From positions 158,034 to 222,033 of the forward strand of contig CAKPIS010000001.1 of assembly GCA_934162425.1 (NCBI GenBank): DNA of 64,000 nucleotides, in the 5' to 3' direction. This DNA is from an uncultured Bacilli bacterium. Lineage in GTDB: Bacteria; Bacillota_I; Bacilli_A; RF39; UBA660. Every line of letters begins with the position of its first letter. Within the stretch, counting starts at the first letter, position 1. Position numbers and translations under genes: made by a program. Under the pieces are notes generated by a model, which saw nothing but the letters and a program-made list of their open reading frames with translations, had not been told where the DNA came from and did no database searches. Below, one piece after another: positions 1 through 9,614 of this stretch.

Positions 1-480
1 AGTTCATTATCACTACTATCTTTAATAGAAAACGATATATCATATACGCCAGGCGTATTTACATCATAATTACCATTTACATTACAAGAAGGATTTCTAT
101 CATAATTATCTCCATAACTAATTAAAGAACACAAATTATTATCGTACCCTTTTTTAACTACGCGAGTAGATGATATAACAACTGGCTTTTCATTATCTAC
201 AACATTATACTTTATGTGATATAAGTAATTTTTTCTTTTAATTTTAAAGCGTAAATTATATATATTTTCTCCCAATTTATCAGTTTTAATAGAAACATTT
301 TTATTAATATCTAAATTTGTATTTTCTATTATATCTTTTAATAAAATATTATCATATACTAATATATCTTTTCGCTTAATATTTATATAGTATCCTTTTG
401 GAAGCTCATCAATAATTGTTTTTGAACAACCAGTTAAACAAATAAGTAAAAGTAAAATAAAAAATTTAAAATATTTCATA
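1..480 (-). CDS. Lipoprotein, 5' part only (C-terminus lies outside the window). It has a signal peptide with lipobox LTGC and a C-terminal region resembling a bacterial Ig-like (DUF5011-type) domain.
   Basis: Reverse-strand ATG at 478-480. Translation begins MRMKYFKFFILLLLICLTGCSK. The ORF runs off the window start. Confidence 0.45.
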
Positions 481-578
481 CGCATCACGAATATATTGTA
501 TCATAAAAAATTATAATAAAGAACCCCTTTTATGTATAACAGTAAATGCATGTACATATTATATATAAGAGGTGTCAT

Positions 579-1103
579 ATGAAATTAAAAATATTAAAAA
601 TATTTGGAATTATATTAGCGTTCTTCCTATGCTTCCCACTTCACTTTTTATACGATAGGCTTCCATGCTTTATAACAAGTATTATAGCTCCAGTTAATGA
701 AAGTATATGGGAACATATGAAAATATTATTTGGAAGTATAATAATATCTGGAGTAGTTCAAAAAATAATTATCAAATTAAAAAAAGAAACTTTTAAAAAT
801 GTATGTATATCAAATTATATAGCTGCTATAACATCTATTATAATATTTCTTATAATTTATCTTCCAATATATAATATAATAGGAGAAAAACTTATAATAA
901 CAATAATTATTATGCTTATAACTATTATCATTTCAGAAATAATTAGTTACTACATCATAAAACGTAATAAAGATTTAAAATTAGAAAATGTTTCTATATT
1001 ACTTGTATTATTTACCTACTTATTATTTGGTATATTAACATATTTTCCTATTAAAATAGATCTATTTAAAGATCCTATAAATTTAGTGTATGGAATTAAA
1101 TAA
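579..1103 (+). CDS. Polytopic integral membrane protein of unknown function.
   Basis: The ORF track begins at 546. ATG 579 is preferred because it follows an AGAGGTG RBS. The product is very hydrophobic with multiple predicted TM helices. Confidence 0.45.
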   Translation: MKLKILKIFGIILAFFLCFPLHFLYDRLPCFITSIIAPVNESIWEHMKILFGSIIISGVVQKIIIKLKKETFKNVCISNYIAAITSIIIFLIIYLPIYNIIGEKLIITIIIMLITIIISEIISYYIIKRNKDLKLENVSILLVLFTYLLFGILTYFPIKIDLFKDPINLVYGIK

Positions 1104-1132
1104 AGCCCTGATATAATCAAGGCTTTTTTTGT
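1103..1132. terminator. Bidirectional hairpin terminator between the convergent membrane-protein gene and the tRNA.
   Basis: AGCCCTGATATAATCAAGGCT stem-loop followed by TTTTTTTG. Confidence 0.5.
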
Positions 1133-1139
1133 TATATTA

Positions 1140-1216
1140 TGGCGTCCCCGATGCGATTTGAACGCATGACCCCTCGCTTAGGAGGCGAGTGCTCTATCCA
1201 GCTGAGCTACGAGGAC
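1140..1216 (-). tRNA. tRNA-Arg, anticodon CCU.
   Basis: The reverse complement folds as a canonical 77-nt cloverleaf: acceptor GTCCTCG/CGGGGAC, D-arm GCTC..GAGC, anticodon stem CTCGC/GCGAG with loop CTCCTAA, T-arm ATGCG-TTCAAAT-CGCAT, discriminator G and an encoded CCA. Confidence 0.85.
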
Positions 1217-1264
1217 ACAAACTAATTATAACAAATAAAATAAAAAAAATACATAAAAATGTAT

Positions 1265-1774
1265 TTATTTTACAAAATTAAATAGTACAACAAGCCACAT
1301 ACTAACTTGAGCCTTAGCACTACCAGCACCCTCAACTAAAGATACTAGTTTATCACAAAAATTTACCATCCAAGATTCTTTATATTTTGGCACTACATTT
1401 GACATAGGAAACATATGAGCTTCTATTATATTTTGTTCTTTTTCATTTACACCAAAATAAGTAATTGCATTTTCTTTAGCAATTGTAGGATGCTTAATAA
1501 ACATTTTTGTTTCAGTAATAATATTTTCATCATCTCTTACCAAAAAGAAATCATGAAGAGCACTAGCTCTTACTATAGACTTAGTATCTCCACCTATTAA
1601 TTTAGATAATTTATAAGAAAGATAAGCAACTCTAACAGAGTGATTATATCTTGTATTACCATGATGAACTATACTTTTAGTCTTTAAAAATTCTTTATGA
1701 AAAAGAATTGGTTGTGCTATTGTCATAAATTCTTTATCATCATATATCTTTTTCATTAAATTCAATGTAATCAA
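1265..1774 (-). CDS. HD-domain metal-dependent phosphohydrolase.
   Basis: H...HD signature (HHGNTRYNHSVRV...ALHDF). 169 aa. Confidence 0.55.
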   Translation of the reverse strand: MITLNLMKKIYDDKEFMTIAQPILFHKEFLKTKSIVHHGNTRYNHSVRVAYLSYKLSKLIGGDTKSIVRASALHDFFLVRDDENIITETKMFIKHPTIAKENAITYFGVNEKEQNIIEAHMFPMSNVVPKYKESWMVNFCDKLVSLVEGAGSAKAQVSMWLVVLFNFVK

Positions 1775-1931
1775 CCTCTTTACTTGATATTATTATATTC
1801 TTTATATATATATTATTAACGTTATTTTAACTAAAAATACTTTTTTTATAAAAGCCATATTAAGGTTATCATAATATTATATAAAAGTAAAGTATACAAA
1901 TGTTTGCTTAACAAATATTTTAAAAAGATTT

Positions 1932-2285
1932 TTAAAGTCCTCTTAAATTATGTTCTTTGATGCCCTCATTTAATTTATTAATCTCTGAGTCAGCATACTT
2001 TTGTCTTGCTTCAGCATTTTCATATAATTTATAAGCATTCCAGATAGTATATGAACCACTTGCTACTATAGCCCCTGTTAAAGCATAATATAAAGCTACT
2101 TCTATATTACCTGCTGCCATATCAATATATTTAGCTAAAAAATCACTTAATTCTTCTTTTGTTACTAGTGCTCTTAGAAAATAAAATAATGAAAGAGAAA
2201 GTACTCCTTTGCCACTTTTTTTAGCACTATTTTTAACATTCATATTATATTTTTTTATTTTTTCATCATAATTTAATCTTTTCAT
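1932..2285 (-). CDS. Small membrane-associated protein of unknown function.
   Basis: 117 aa. It has a central small-residue-rich hydrophobic segment (ALYYALTGAIVASGSY) flanked by charged helices. Confidence 0.3.
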   Translation of the reverse strand: MKRLNYDEKIKKYNMNVKNSAKKSGKGVLSLSLFYFLRALVTKEELSDFLAKYIDMAAGNIEVALYYALTGAIVASGSYTIWNAYKLYENAEARQKYADSEINKLNEGIKEHNLRGL

Positions 2286-2314
2286 AATATTTCCCCCTTT
2301 TTATATTATAAAAA

Positions 2315-2644
2315 TTATTTATGTAATTTACTTTCTGTATCTTTTATAAAATCTTTCATAGAATCATCTATATATTTTGTTAATTTTCCTTGTGTTTTAA
2401 AATAATTTATAATATTAGCTACTGAACATACAGAACTACTAATGCTAGTACAAGCCAAAACTGCACATAATATTCCAATTGTATCTTTTAAATCATATGT
2501 AGCATACTCACTTGTAATAGCACATCCAAGAGCTCCTGCACTAGATAGTGCTGAAAATAAGAAATAAGCCGAGCTTTTCATACTATAAGTATTTAAATCA
2601 TCAAGATATTTATCAAAATTATCACTAGTATTATTTTCTTTCAT
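2315..2644 (-). CDS. Small membrane-associated protein of unknown function, with architecture similar to the neighbouring small protein.
   Basis: 109 aa. Hydrophobic segment SALSSAGALGCAITS...ILCAVLACTSISS. Confidence 0.3.
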   Translation of the reverse strand: MKENNTSDNFDKYLDDLNTYSMKSSAYFLFSALSSAGALGCAITSEYATYDLKDTIGILCAVLACTSISSSVCSVANIINYFKTQGKLTKYIDDSMKDFIKDTESKLHK

Positions 2645-2749
2645 ATTAACAATCCCTTTTGATTAATGCTGCGTATTATACCACAAAATAAACAAAAAAG
2701 CAAGTTTTACTTATGCTTCCTCATATTTACAAGCAAAACTTACCTTAAA

Positions 2750-4777
2750 TTACTTTTTATAATCACATGAACTACACTTTATATTTTCATCTTTATCTAT
2801 AACCAAAAGACTATTACATTCTGGACATAAATCTCCAGTAGGCTTATCCCAAACAGCAACCTTGCATTTAGGAAAGTTACCACATCCATAGAATATTTTA
2901 CCCTTTTTAGTTTTTCTTTCAACTATTATTCCACCGCATTTAGGGCACTTACAAACCTCTATTAATGGGGCTTTTTCTTTAGGCTTTATGTATTTACACT
3001 CAGGATATCCAGAACATGCTTCAAATTTACCATACCTACCGTTTTTAATAACCATAGGTTTACCACAGTTAGGACATACTTCCCCCGTTACTTCATCTTC
3101 CTTTTTTTCCATCTTATCAAAAGCATTTTCTACTTCAGGTTCAAATTCCTTATAAAATGACTCTAGAATTTTATACCACACTTTCTTACCTTCTGCTATC
3201 TTATCTAAGTCTTCTTCCATCTTAGCAGTATATTCAACATTTATTAAATCACTAAAGAACTCTTGTAATTTATCTGTTGTAGTTATACCAATTTCAGTTG
3301 GATTAAGTTTTTTATCTATTATCTTTACATAACCTCTTTGTGTTAATGTTGAAATAGTCGAAGCATAAGTTGATGGTCTTCCTATCCCTAAATCTTCCAT
3401 AGCTTTAATTAATTTAGCTTCAGTATATCTAGCTGGTGGTTTAGTAAAATGTTGTTCTTTTAAAACTTCATTGCTAATTAATTTATCCCCAGCAGAATAT
3501 TTAGGAAGCACTTTATCTTCTGATGATTCAAATTTGCTATAAACTTTTAAATAACCATCAAACGAAAGTTGTTGACCAGTTGTTTTAAAACTAGTATTGT
3601 TATTATCTAAAGTTATCGTTGTTGCATTAACAAGTGCATCGCTCATAAGTGATGCAAGAGCTCTAGCATAAATAAGCTCATATAATTTATACTCATCTTT
3701 TGTCAAATATTCTTTTACACTTTCTGGTGTTCTATTAATACTTGATGGTCTAATTGCTTCATGAGCATCTTGTACGTTTTCTTTTTTCTTAGTCTTTTTA
3801 ACATGTCCAATATATTCTTTACCATAAGTGTTTTCTATATACGCATAACTTGATTTAATAAACTCATCAGATAATCTTACAGAATCAGTTCTCATGTATG
3901 TAATTAAACCTATAGTATCAGACTTTATATCTATACCTTCATATAACTTTTGAGCTACTTGCATAGTTTTTTTAGAAGAAAAACCAAGTTTTGATATAGC
4001 TTCTTGTTGCATAGTAGAAGTAATAAATGGATATTTTGATGACTTCTTCTTTGGTTTTGTTTCATAATTAGATACAATAAATTCTTTATTTAAGCTATTT
4101 ATTACATCATCTGCATCACTTTCACATTTTAACTCTGCCTTATTTCCATCAATTAAGTCTAAATCAGCATCTAAATCGTCAAATTTAGCTGTTACACTCC
4201 AGTATTCTTCTTCGTTAAATGCTTCTATTTCTCTTTCACGGTCAACTATTAGTTTAAGAGCAACTGATTGAACTCTTCCAGCAGATTTACCACCTGTTTT
4301 AGATTGCATAAGTTTGCTTAATCTAAAACCAATTATTCTATCTAGTATTCTTCTAGTTTCTTGTGAATGAACTAAGTCATCATCTATTTTTCTAGTATGA
4401 TTAAATGCATCTTTAACAACATTTTTTGTAATTTCATTAAATACTACTCTTTCATAATCATCATCTTTTAATTCTAAAGCATCTTTTAAATGCCAAGAAA
4501 TAGCTTCTCCCTCACGGTCAGGATCGGTTGCAAGATAAACTTTTTTTGATGCTTTTGCATCTTTTTTTAATGCTGTAATATCTTTTTTCTTACCTTTAAT
4601 AGGTTCATATGTAGGCTCAAAGTGATTTTCTATGTCAACTCCAAAGCCATACTTTCCTTTTGTTGCAAGATCCCTTATATGTCCTTTACTAGAAACAACT
4701 TTATAGTCACTGCCTAAGTATTTTTCAATTGCTTTAGTTTTAGTTGGAGACTCAACTATTACTAAGTTTTTGCTCAT
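2750..4777 (-). CDS. topA: DNA topoisomerase I.
   Basis: 675 aa. N-terminal TOPRIM (VIVESPTKTKAIEKYLG), catalytic-Tyr region (ITYMRTDS) and C-terminal Cys4 zinc ribbons (CPNCGKP..., CPKCGG..., CPECNS...). Confidence 0.95.
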   Translation of the reverse strand: MSKNLVIVESPTKTKAIEKYLGSDYKVVSSKGHIRDLATKGKYGFGVDIENHFEPTYEPIKGKKKDITALKKDAKASKKVYLATDPDREGEAISWHLKDALELKDDDYERVVFNEITKNVVKDAFNHTRKIDDDLVHSQETRRILDRIIGFRLSKLMQSKTGGKSAGRVQSVALKLIVDREREIEAFNEEEYWSVTAKFDDLDADLDLIDGNKAELKCESDADDVINSLNKEFIVSNYETKPKKKSSKYPFITSTMQQEAISKLGFSSKKTMQVAQKLYEGIDIKSDTIGLITYMRTDSVRLSDEFIKSSYAYIENTYGKEYIGHVKKTKKKENVQDAHEAIRPSSINRTPESVKEYLTKDEYKLYELIYARALASLMSDALVNATTITLDNNNTSFKTTGQQLSFDGYLKVYSKFESSEDKVLPKYSAGDKLISNEVLKEQHFTKPPARYTEAKLIKAMEDLGIGRPSTYASTISTLTQRGYVKIIDKKLNPTEIGITTTDKLQEFFSDLINVEYTAKMEEDLDKIAEGKKVWYKILESFYKEFEPEVENAFDKMEKKEDEVTGEVCPNCGKPMVIKNGRYGKFEACSGYPECKYIKPKEKAPLIEVCKCPKCGGIIVERKTKKGKIFYGCGNFPKCKVAVWDKPTGDLCPECNSLLVIDKDENIKCSSCDYKK

Positions 4778-4794
4778 ATATATGCCTCCTTATG

Positions 4795-5436
4795 TTATTG
4801 ATTTTTATCTAAATATTCTTTAACAGGCCCATATGTGTGCCTATATCCGTCAATTATACCATATTTATTTAAAAGTTCAATGTGTTTTTTTGTCGGATAT
4901 CCTTTATGTTTAGCAAAAAGATATTCTGGATGTTTTTTATCTATATCATACATTATTCTATCTCTAGTTACTTTAGCTATTACAGAAGCTGCTGCAATTG
5001 TAATACTTTTAGCATCTCCTTTAATTATTTTTTCATGAGGAATATCTATATAGCCATCAAGTGGCATAGCATCAGTTATTATATAATCAGGCTTTATATT
5101 TAAGCTATTTGTTGCTCTTATCATTCCTATTCTTGATGCTTCATATATGTTTATTTCATCAATTTCTTTTGCTGAAACAATTGATACTCCAACACTTAAT
5201 GCTTTTTCCATTATAATTGGATAGTATTCTTCTCTTTTCTTTTCAGTTAACTTTTTAGAGTCATTTAAGCCTTCTAAAACAAAATCATGAGGAAGTATCA
5301 CAGAAGCACAAACTACTGGACCAAAAAGAGGCCCACGACCTGCCTCATCACATCCTGCGATATTTTCATATCCTTTATTCCACAACTCTTTTTCATATTT
5401 ATATAGATCTGCCGTTTGTTTTAATTCTTTCTTCAT
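4795..5436 (-). CDS. rnhB: Ribonuclease HII.
   Basis: 213 aa. GCDEAGRGPLFGPVV active-site motif. Confidence 0.9.
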   Translation of the reverse strand: MKKELKQTADLYKYEKELWNKGYENIAGCDEAGRGPLFGPVVCASVILPHDFVLEGLNDSKKLTEKKREEYYPIIMEKALSVGVSIVSAKEIDEINIYEASRIGMIRATNSLNIKPDYIITDAMPLDGYIDIPHEKIIKGDAKSITIAAASVIAKVTRDRIMYDIDKKHPEYLFAKHKGYPTKKHIELLNKYGIIDGYRHTYGPVKEYLDKNQ

Positions 5437-6022
5437 TTTTCTTTTTTTCTCTTTCTTTTATTGTTTCACGTAAAAACCATCTTTTAGAATAAAAATCCAA
5501 GCGATATTCAATATTTTGTTTCTTTTCATCATATGTTTCACCTACACCATACACGCTAACTAGATTACTAAGAGTTGGAACAAAACGACTCTTTTGATAA
5601 TCTGGATAATAATCTTCTAAAAATTTAGCCTCATCAGCAGTAAGTGCATAAGAAGAAATCTTATGTTGTCTTTGCATAATGTTAGAATTTAAATACAAGT
5701 TTCTTAAAAAAACACTCATAATATTATCTAGTTTTAAACCATTTGTTTTTCTTGATATTTCACTAAGTAACCCAGTTTTATTCCAAACGTATGCAACAAC
5801 TGCAATATCTTCCTTTTTTCTTAAAATTATTGATCTGTTTTTTGAAATCAATTCATTAATTAAGTCTTTTGGGATGCCAGTATAAGAAAATGTTCTATAT
5901 ATAAATTCTATCTTATCTATAACTTCCTCATTAGGTACTTTTTCTCCTATAGCCTTGAAAGTTAATTGTAATAATCTTATTTGTTCTGCAGTAAATCCAT
6001 TATTTTCTAAATATTCTATCAT
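5399..6022 (-). CDS. Hypothetical protein (ORFan) between rbgA and rnhB.
   Basis: 207-aa ORF. Its 3' end overlaps the rnhB start by 38 nt. No recognisable motif. Confidence 0.35.
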   Translation of the reverse strand: MIEYLENNGFTAEQIRLLQLTFKAIGEKVPNEEVIDKIEFIYRTFSYTGIPKDLINELISKNRSIILRKKEDIAVVAYVWNKTGLLSEISRKTNGLKLDNIMSVFLRNLYLNSNIMQRQHKISSYALTADEAKFLEDYYPDYQKSRFVPTLSNLVSVYGVGETYDEKKQNIEYRLDFYSKRWFLRETIKEREKKKNEERIKTNGRSI

Positions 6023-6024
6023 TT

Positions 6025-6942
6025 TTATACCTCATCAAACGTAATACGTCCTATTCTTCCTTCTCTTAAATCTTTTATAATTAGATAAGATACTTTATCA
6101 TAGTCAACTTCGCCACCAGATATTAAGCATCCTCTTTTTCTTCCAATTATATCATACGAACTTATTATATCATCAGAATCAAAATTCTCAATACCAAATC
6201 TTTCTACTAGACACTTTTTATACTTTTTATTTAACATGTCAAGTATATAGCAAGCAACTTTACCTTTAGGTAATATTTCTTCTTTTATCGCAGAAAAGCA
6301 TGCCAAGTTATAGCTTTGAATTTCATTATCAAGTTTAGGCCATAATATTCCAGGTGAATCTAACAATTCTAAGTCTTTGTTAATTCTAATCCAAGATAAT
6401 TTCTTTGTAACACCAGGTTTATCTCCTGTAACAGTAGCATTTTTACCTACTAAACGGTTAATAAGTGTTGACTTACCAACATTTGGTATACCAACTATTA
6501 AAGCCCTATAAGCACGTTTTTTAAGTCCTTTAGCTAGTCTTTTATCATCTAATTCTTTTAATAATTCCTTAGTTTTAGTAAATATATCAGATATACCTTT
6601 ATTATTAGTTAAATCGGTTAAAACAACTTTATATCCTAAAGATTCATATTTTTTAGCACAAAGCTTTGTTTTTTCTATATCACATAAATCAATTTTAGTC
6701 ATAATTATTATTCTAGGTTTATTACTAATTAAATCATCTATGTCCTTTATTTTAGAAGAAAATGGTATCCTAGCATCAACCACTTCATAGACTATATCTA
6801 CCATATTTATATTTTCTTTAATAAGTCTTCTTGTTTTAGCCATATGGCCTGGGTACCAGTTGATACTCGTTGATGGTAAACTTTTTGTATCTTCGTTCAT
6901 TTTTTTATACTTTCTCATTTCTCTTTTTTGGTACATATCCAT
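6025..6942 (-). CDS. rbgA: Ribosome biogenesis GTPase A (YlqF/RbgA).
   Basis: Circularly permuted GTPase. Motifs present are WYPGHMAK, G4 (TKIDL) ahead of G1 (GIPNVGKST), and DSPG. Confidence 0.9.
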   Translation of the reverse strand: MDMYQKREMRKYKKMNEDTKSLPSTSINWYPGHMAKTRRLIKENINMVDIVYEVVDARIPFSSKIKDIDDLISNKPRIIIMTKIDLCDIEKTKLCAKKYESLGYKVVLTDLTNNKGISDIFTKTKELLKELDDKRLAKGLKKRAYRALIVGIPNVGKSTLINRLVGKNATVTGDKPGVTKKLSWIRINKDLELLDSPGILWPKLDNEIQSYNLACFSAIKEEILPKGKVACYILDMLNKKYKKCLVERFGIENFDSDDIISSYDIIGRKRGCLISGGEVDYDKVSYLIIKDLREGRIGRITFDEV

Positions 6943-7593
6943 TATTTATCACTTCCCTTTTAGTAAAAACTTTTTTATAACTATTTTTTATAATAATTTA
7001 ATTTCTCTTTACTTAAATATTTTTTAGTTATTACTACATCAGTTTCTAATATTTTTCCAAGATGTAAGTCCCATATTTTCTTTTTCTGAATCTGCTCTAT
7101 TATATATTATCTCTGCAGCAGTTTGGTGAGAAACCGCATAGTGCATTTTATTTTGTACTTTTTTACACTTAGTTCGTTAAACATACATTTTAATTAACCA
7201 CAATACACTTGGTTACACTTTAATTCACTATAAATAATTACAAATTAGTATCTAAATTGTATCTAAATGCTATTGTTAAATATTTCAAAATACTAGAATT
7301 TCTTATTTTATTAGATATTTTTTATATCTTACTTGTATGCCTTTGTCTTTTTTTAAGTTTGAATGTTATAAATTCTTCAGTGTCACTTCTAATTATTAAA
7401 TCTTTTAACAATTGCTATCATCTTCTTTGCCTGAAATATTAATTTTCCATAATTGATAATTATCCATTTTTAAATTAACACGATATCCAACTACAATTAT
7501 AATAATTATCTGACCATTTTAGATTTTTAGATCTTAGTTTTTTACCTTTTTTCTTCGTAATGAATATCTTCAAATCCAGCTACTATAATTCCT

Positions 7594-7920
7594 TTACTCA
7601 TTACTACTTACCTTGCTATCTAAACATTTTAAAATTCTAACTGCTTCTTTTCTATCCTTATTTTTTTCTTCTTCTGATAAATCATCATACTTGGTATTCA
7701 TTTGTTTTGTCCATCTATCTACAAATTCTTTAGGTATTGTTAGACTTCCATCGCTATTTGTCTTACATTTACTAAAAAGATGTTTTTGCCATCTTGACCA
7801 TCTGTCGTGCTCATAATCAGATAATTTTTCTATTATATCGTCGTTCTTCATTAATTTGCCTGTCCTCATTTTTTTACTTATTTTATTTAATTCTTCTTTT
7901 ACTTCTTCTAAATTAAGCAT
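7594..7920 (-). CDS. Hypothetical small protein in a decayed region.
   Basis: 108-aa ORF (DRWSRWQKHLF...). No homolog recognised. It may itself be a gene remnant. Confidence 0.2.
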   Translation of the reverse strand: MLNLEEVKEELNKISKKMRTGKLMKNDDIIEKLSDYEHDRWSRWQKHLFSKCKTNSDGSLTIPKEFVDRWTKQMNTKYDDLSEEEKNKDRKEAVRILKCLDSKVSSNE

Positions 7921-8009
7921 ATTTCTAATCTCCCTTTCATTTCATAATTTATCTGTTTCTTTTTCATCAATAAATTTTTTTCAGTCATTCTTACTATCAT
8001 CACTTTCTT

Positions 8010-8516
8010 TTAAATATCAGTTGAAGTTGCCATAAATAAATCTGTAATTTTTTGATAAGTCATTCTTTCACTTACCCTAATTGTTTTAATGCGTTCTAAT
8101 AATTCATCAAAATACTTAGAAACATATTTATTTTCTTTTATAAATCTTTCATCATTTAAAGCAAATTTCTTTATCATATATTCTTTTAATACTTTAGTAG
8201 CCCATATTCTAAACTCTGTTACTTTTTTTTGAATTAACATAATATACAACTACAATTATAGCATCTAAATTATAAATTATTGCATTATATTTTTTCCAGT
8301 ATCAGCAGTTAACGAGCATTTCTTGGCAACTGAATCTTTATTTAATTCATTATCTTGAAATATATGTTTTAAATGTAGGCTTATATTATCTGTTGAACAC
8401 TCGAAAACTTTTGACACTCCTTTTTCAGATAGTCATAATGTTTCTTCTTTGCATATTGCATCTACTATAATGGCGCTATCACTATTTTTATATATAATTA
8501 AGTTATTATCTTCCAT
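8010..8516 (-). pseudogene. RhuM-family (virulence-protein RhuM-like) gene disrupted by in-frame stops and frameshifts, and C-terminally truncated.
   Basis: Reverse-strand translation from ATG 8516 reads MEDNNLIIYKNSDSAIIVDAICKEETL*LSEKGVSKVFECSTDNISLHLKHIFQDNELNKDSVAKKCSLTADTGKNIMQ*... It resumes in the ORF at 8010-8249 (...TEFRIWATKVLKEYMIKKFALNDERFIK...YFDELLERIKTIRVSERMTYQKITDLF). This is collinear with RhuM N-terminal consensus blocks. Confidence 0.55.
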
Positions 8517-8578
8517 AATATATTTTTTATCATCAATATCACTTTTTGATATTTATTTTTTCTAACAGAATTTTTAAT

Positions 8579-8860
8579 TCATTCATCAAAATCTCTATCG
8601 CACTTTAATATTATTTCATTATCTTTTTTACTATATTTATATGAATAACACAAATCATAATCTCCTACTGCATTGCCTTCACTTGTATAATACGAAAAAT
8701 GTCCATCTTCACCAAAATAAATAGTTTCTACTACAGTATCTTCATTCCTAATCCAAGTTCCATTAAAATCATATTTATTTTTACAACCAGCTAATATAAG
8801 TATACTAAATACTATTACAATTATATAATTATCATATTTTTTATTAAACATATACTTCAT
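8579..8860 (-). CDS. Small lipoprotein.
   Basis: 93 aa. Signal peptide with lipobox ILAGC. Confidence 0.4.
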   Translation of the reverse strand: MKYMFNKKYDNYIIVIVFSILILAGCKNKYDFNGTWIRNEDTVVETIYFGEDGHFSYYTSEGNAVGDYDLCYSYKYSKKDNEIILKCDRDFDE

Positions 8861-8864
8861 TCAT

Positions 8865-9614
8865 TTATTTTTTCTTAATTTCAATAGCTAATACTCCATA
8901 TTTTTCTTGTTTTTCCTTAGAATAATATTTTTCCATATCATGATAGTTAGTTGTTTCATCTTTTTCATATCCCAAAGAAATATTATCAAAACATTTATAT
9001 AATTCTTCAAATGAATTGTAGTGATATAAGTTAATAACTTCACATTTTATCTTTTCATTATTTTTTATATTAGTAAATTCTATAATATCATTTATCTTGA
9101 TAGATTTTCTTTTCTCATCATATAATCTCATTTCAATAGTTTTAGTACCATTTTTTATTTTAACAAATGGTTCATCATGTAGTTTCATTTTGTGCATAGT
9201 ATAATTGCTTAATAAGTTATATAATTCTTTTTTATCATAATGCCAATAAATAGTTTTAACAAACTTATCAAGATTGCACCACTTATAATCAATGCTTTCT
9301 TCGTTTAGTATGATATCATTGTCATCTACATATGAGATAAATACATGTTCAGTGCATTTTTTTCCTAACGAATTATAATTAAAAGTTGTATTTAAATCAA
9401 CTATTTTATTTACTACTAAGTTAGTTTCTTCTTTAACTTCTCTTTTTACAGTACTATATAAATCATCGTCTATACTCTCTTTAGCACCTGTTACAGTATA
9501 CCAAAAAGATTTATGAAACTGTGGATCATTACTACTTCCAATTAGCAATAAAAGCTTATTATCTTTATTAATTATAAATGTTAATATTTTCTCCATATTA
9601 TTTAACTCTTCCAA
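8865..9614 (-). CDS. NUDIX hydrolase fused to a C-terminal ASCH (PUA-like) domain.
   Basis: Nudix box GAKESIDDDLYSTVKREVKEETNL. The C-terminal ~100 aa (FVKIKNGTKTIEMRLYDEKRKSIKINDIIEF...VLAIEIK) follows the ASCH/YqfB-like pattern. Confidence 0.5.
   Translation of the reverse strand: MEELNNMEKILTFIINKDNKLLLLIGSSNDPQFHKSFWYTVTGAKESIDDDLYSTVKREVKEETNLVVNKIVDLNTTFNYNSLGKKCTEHVFISYVDDNDIILNEESIDYKWCNLDKFVKTIYWHYDKKELYNLLSNYTMHKMKLHDEPFVKIKNGTKTIEMRLYDEKRKSIKINDIIEFTNIKNNEKIKCEVINLYHYNSFEELYKCFDNISLGYEKDETTNYHDMEKYYSKEKQEKYGVLAIEIKKK

Noticed and set aside
4835-5103. Short plus-strand ORFs inside rnhB. Similar short antisense ORFs lie inside other minus-strand genes, for example 1415-1600, 5679-5885, 14583-14822, 19746-19949, 37204-37413, 39433-39627, 42145-42363, 49133-49321, 51576-52061, 57847-58035 and 60009-60218.
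   Set aside because: All are fully nested antisense to well-supported genes, AT-rich and low-complexity, with no RBS. They are treated as non-coding.
7257-7442. Plus-strand 61-aa ORF in the decayed region.
   Set aside because: Low-complexity hydrophobic translation of AT-rich DNA with no RBS. It is probably non-coding.
6943-8560. Possibility of an intact prophage or integrative element.
   Set aside because: No integrase, recombinase, terminase or capsid-like ORF is present. Only a broken RhuM-like gene and short repeats remain, so at most this is a remnant.
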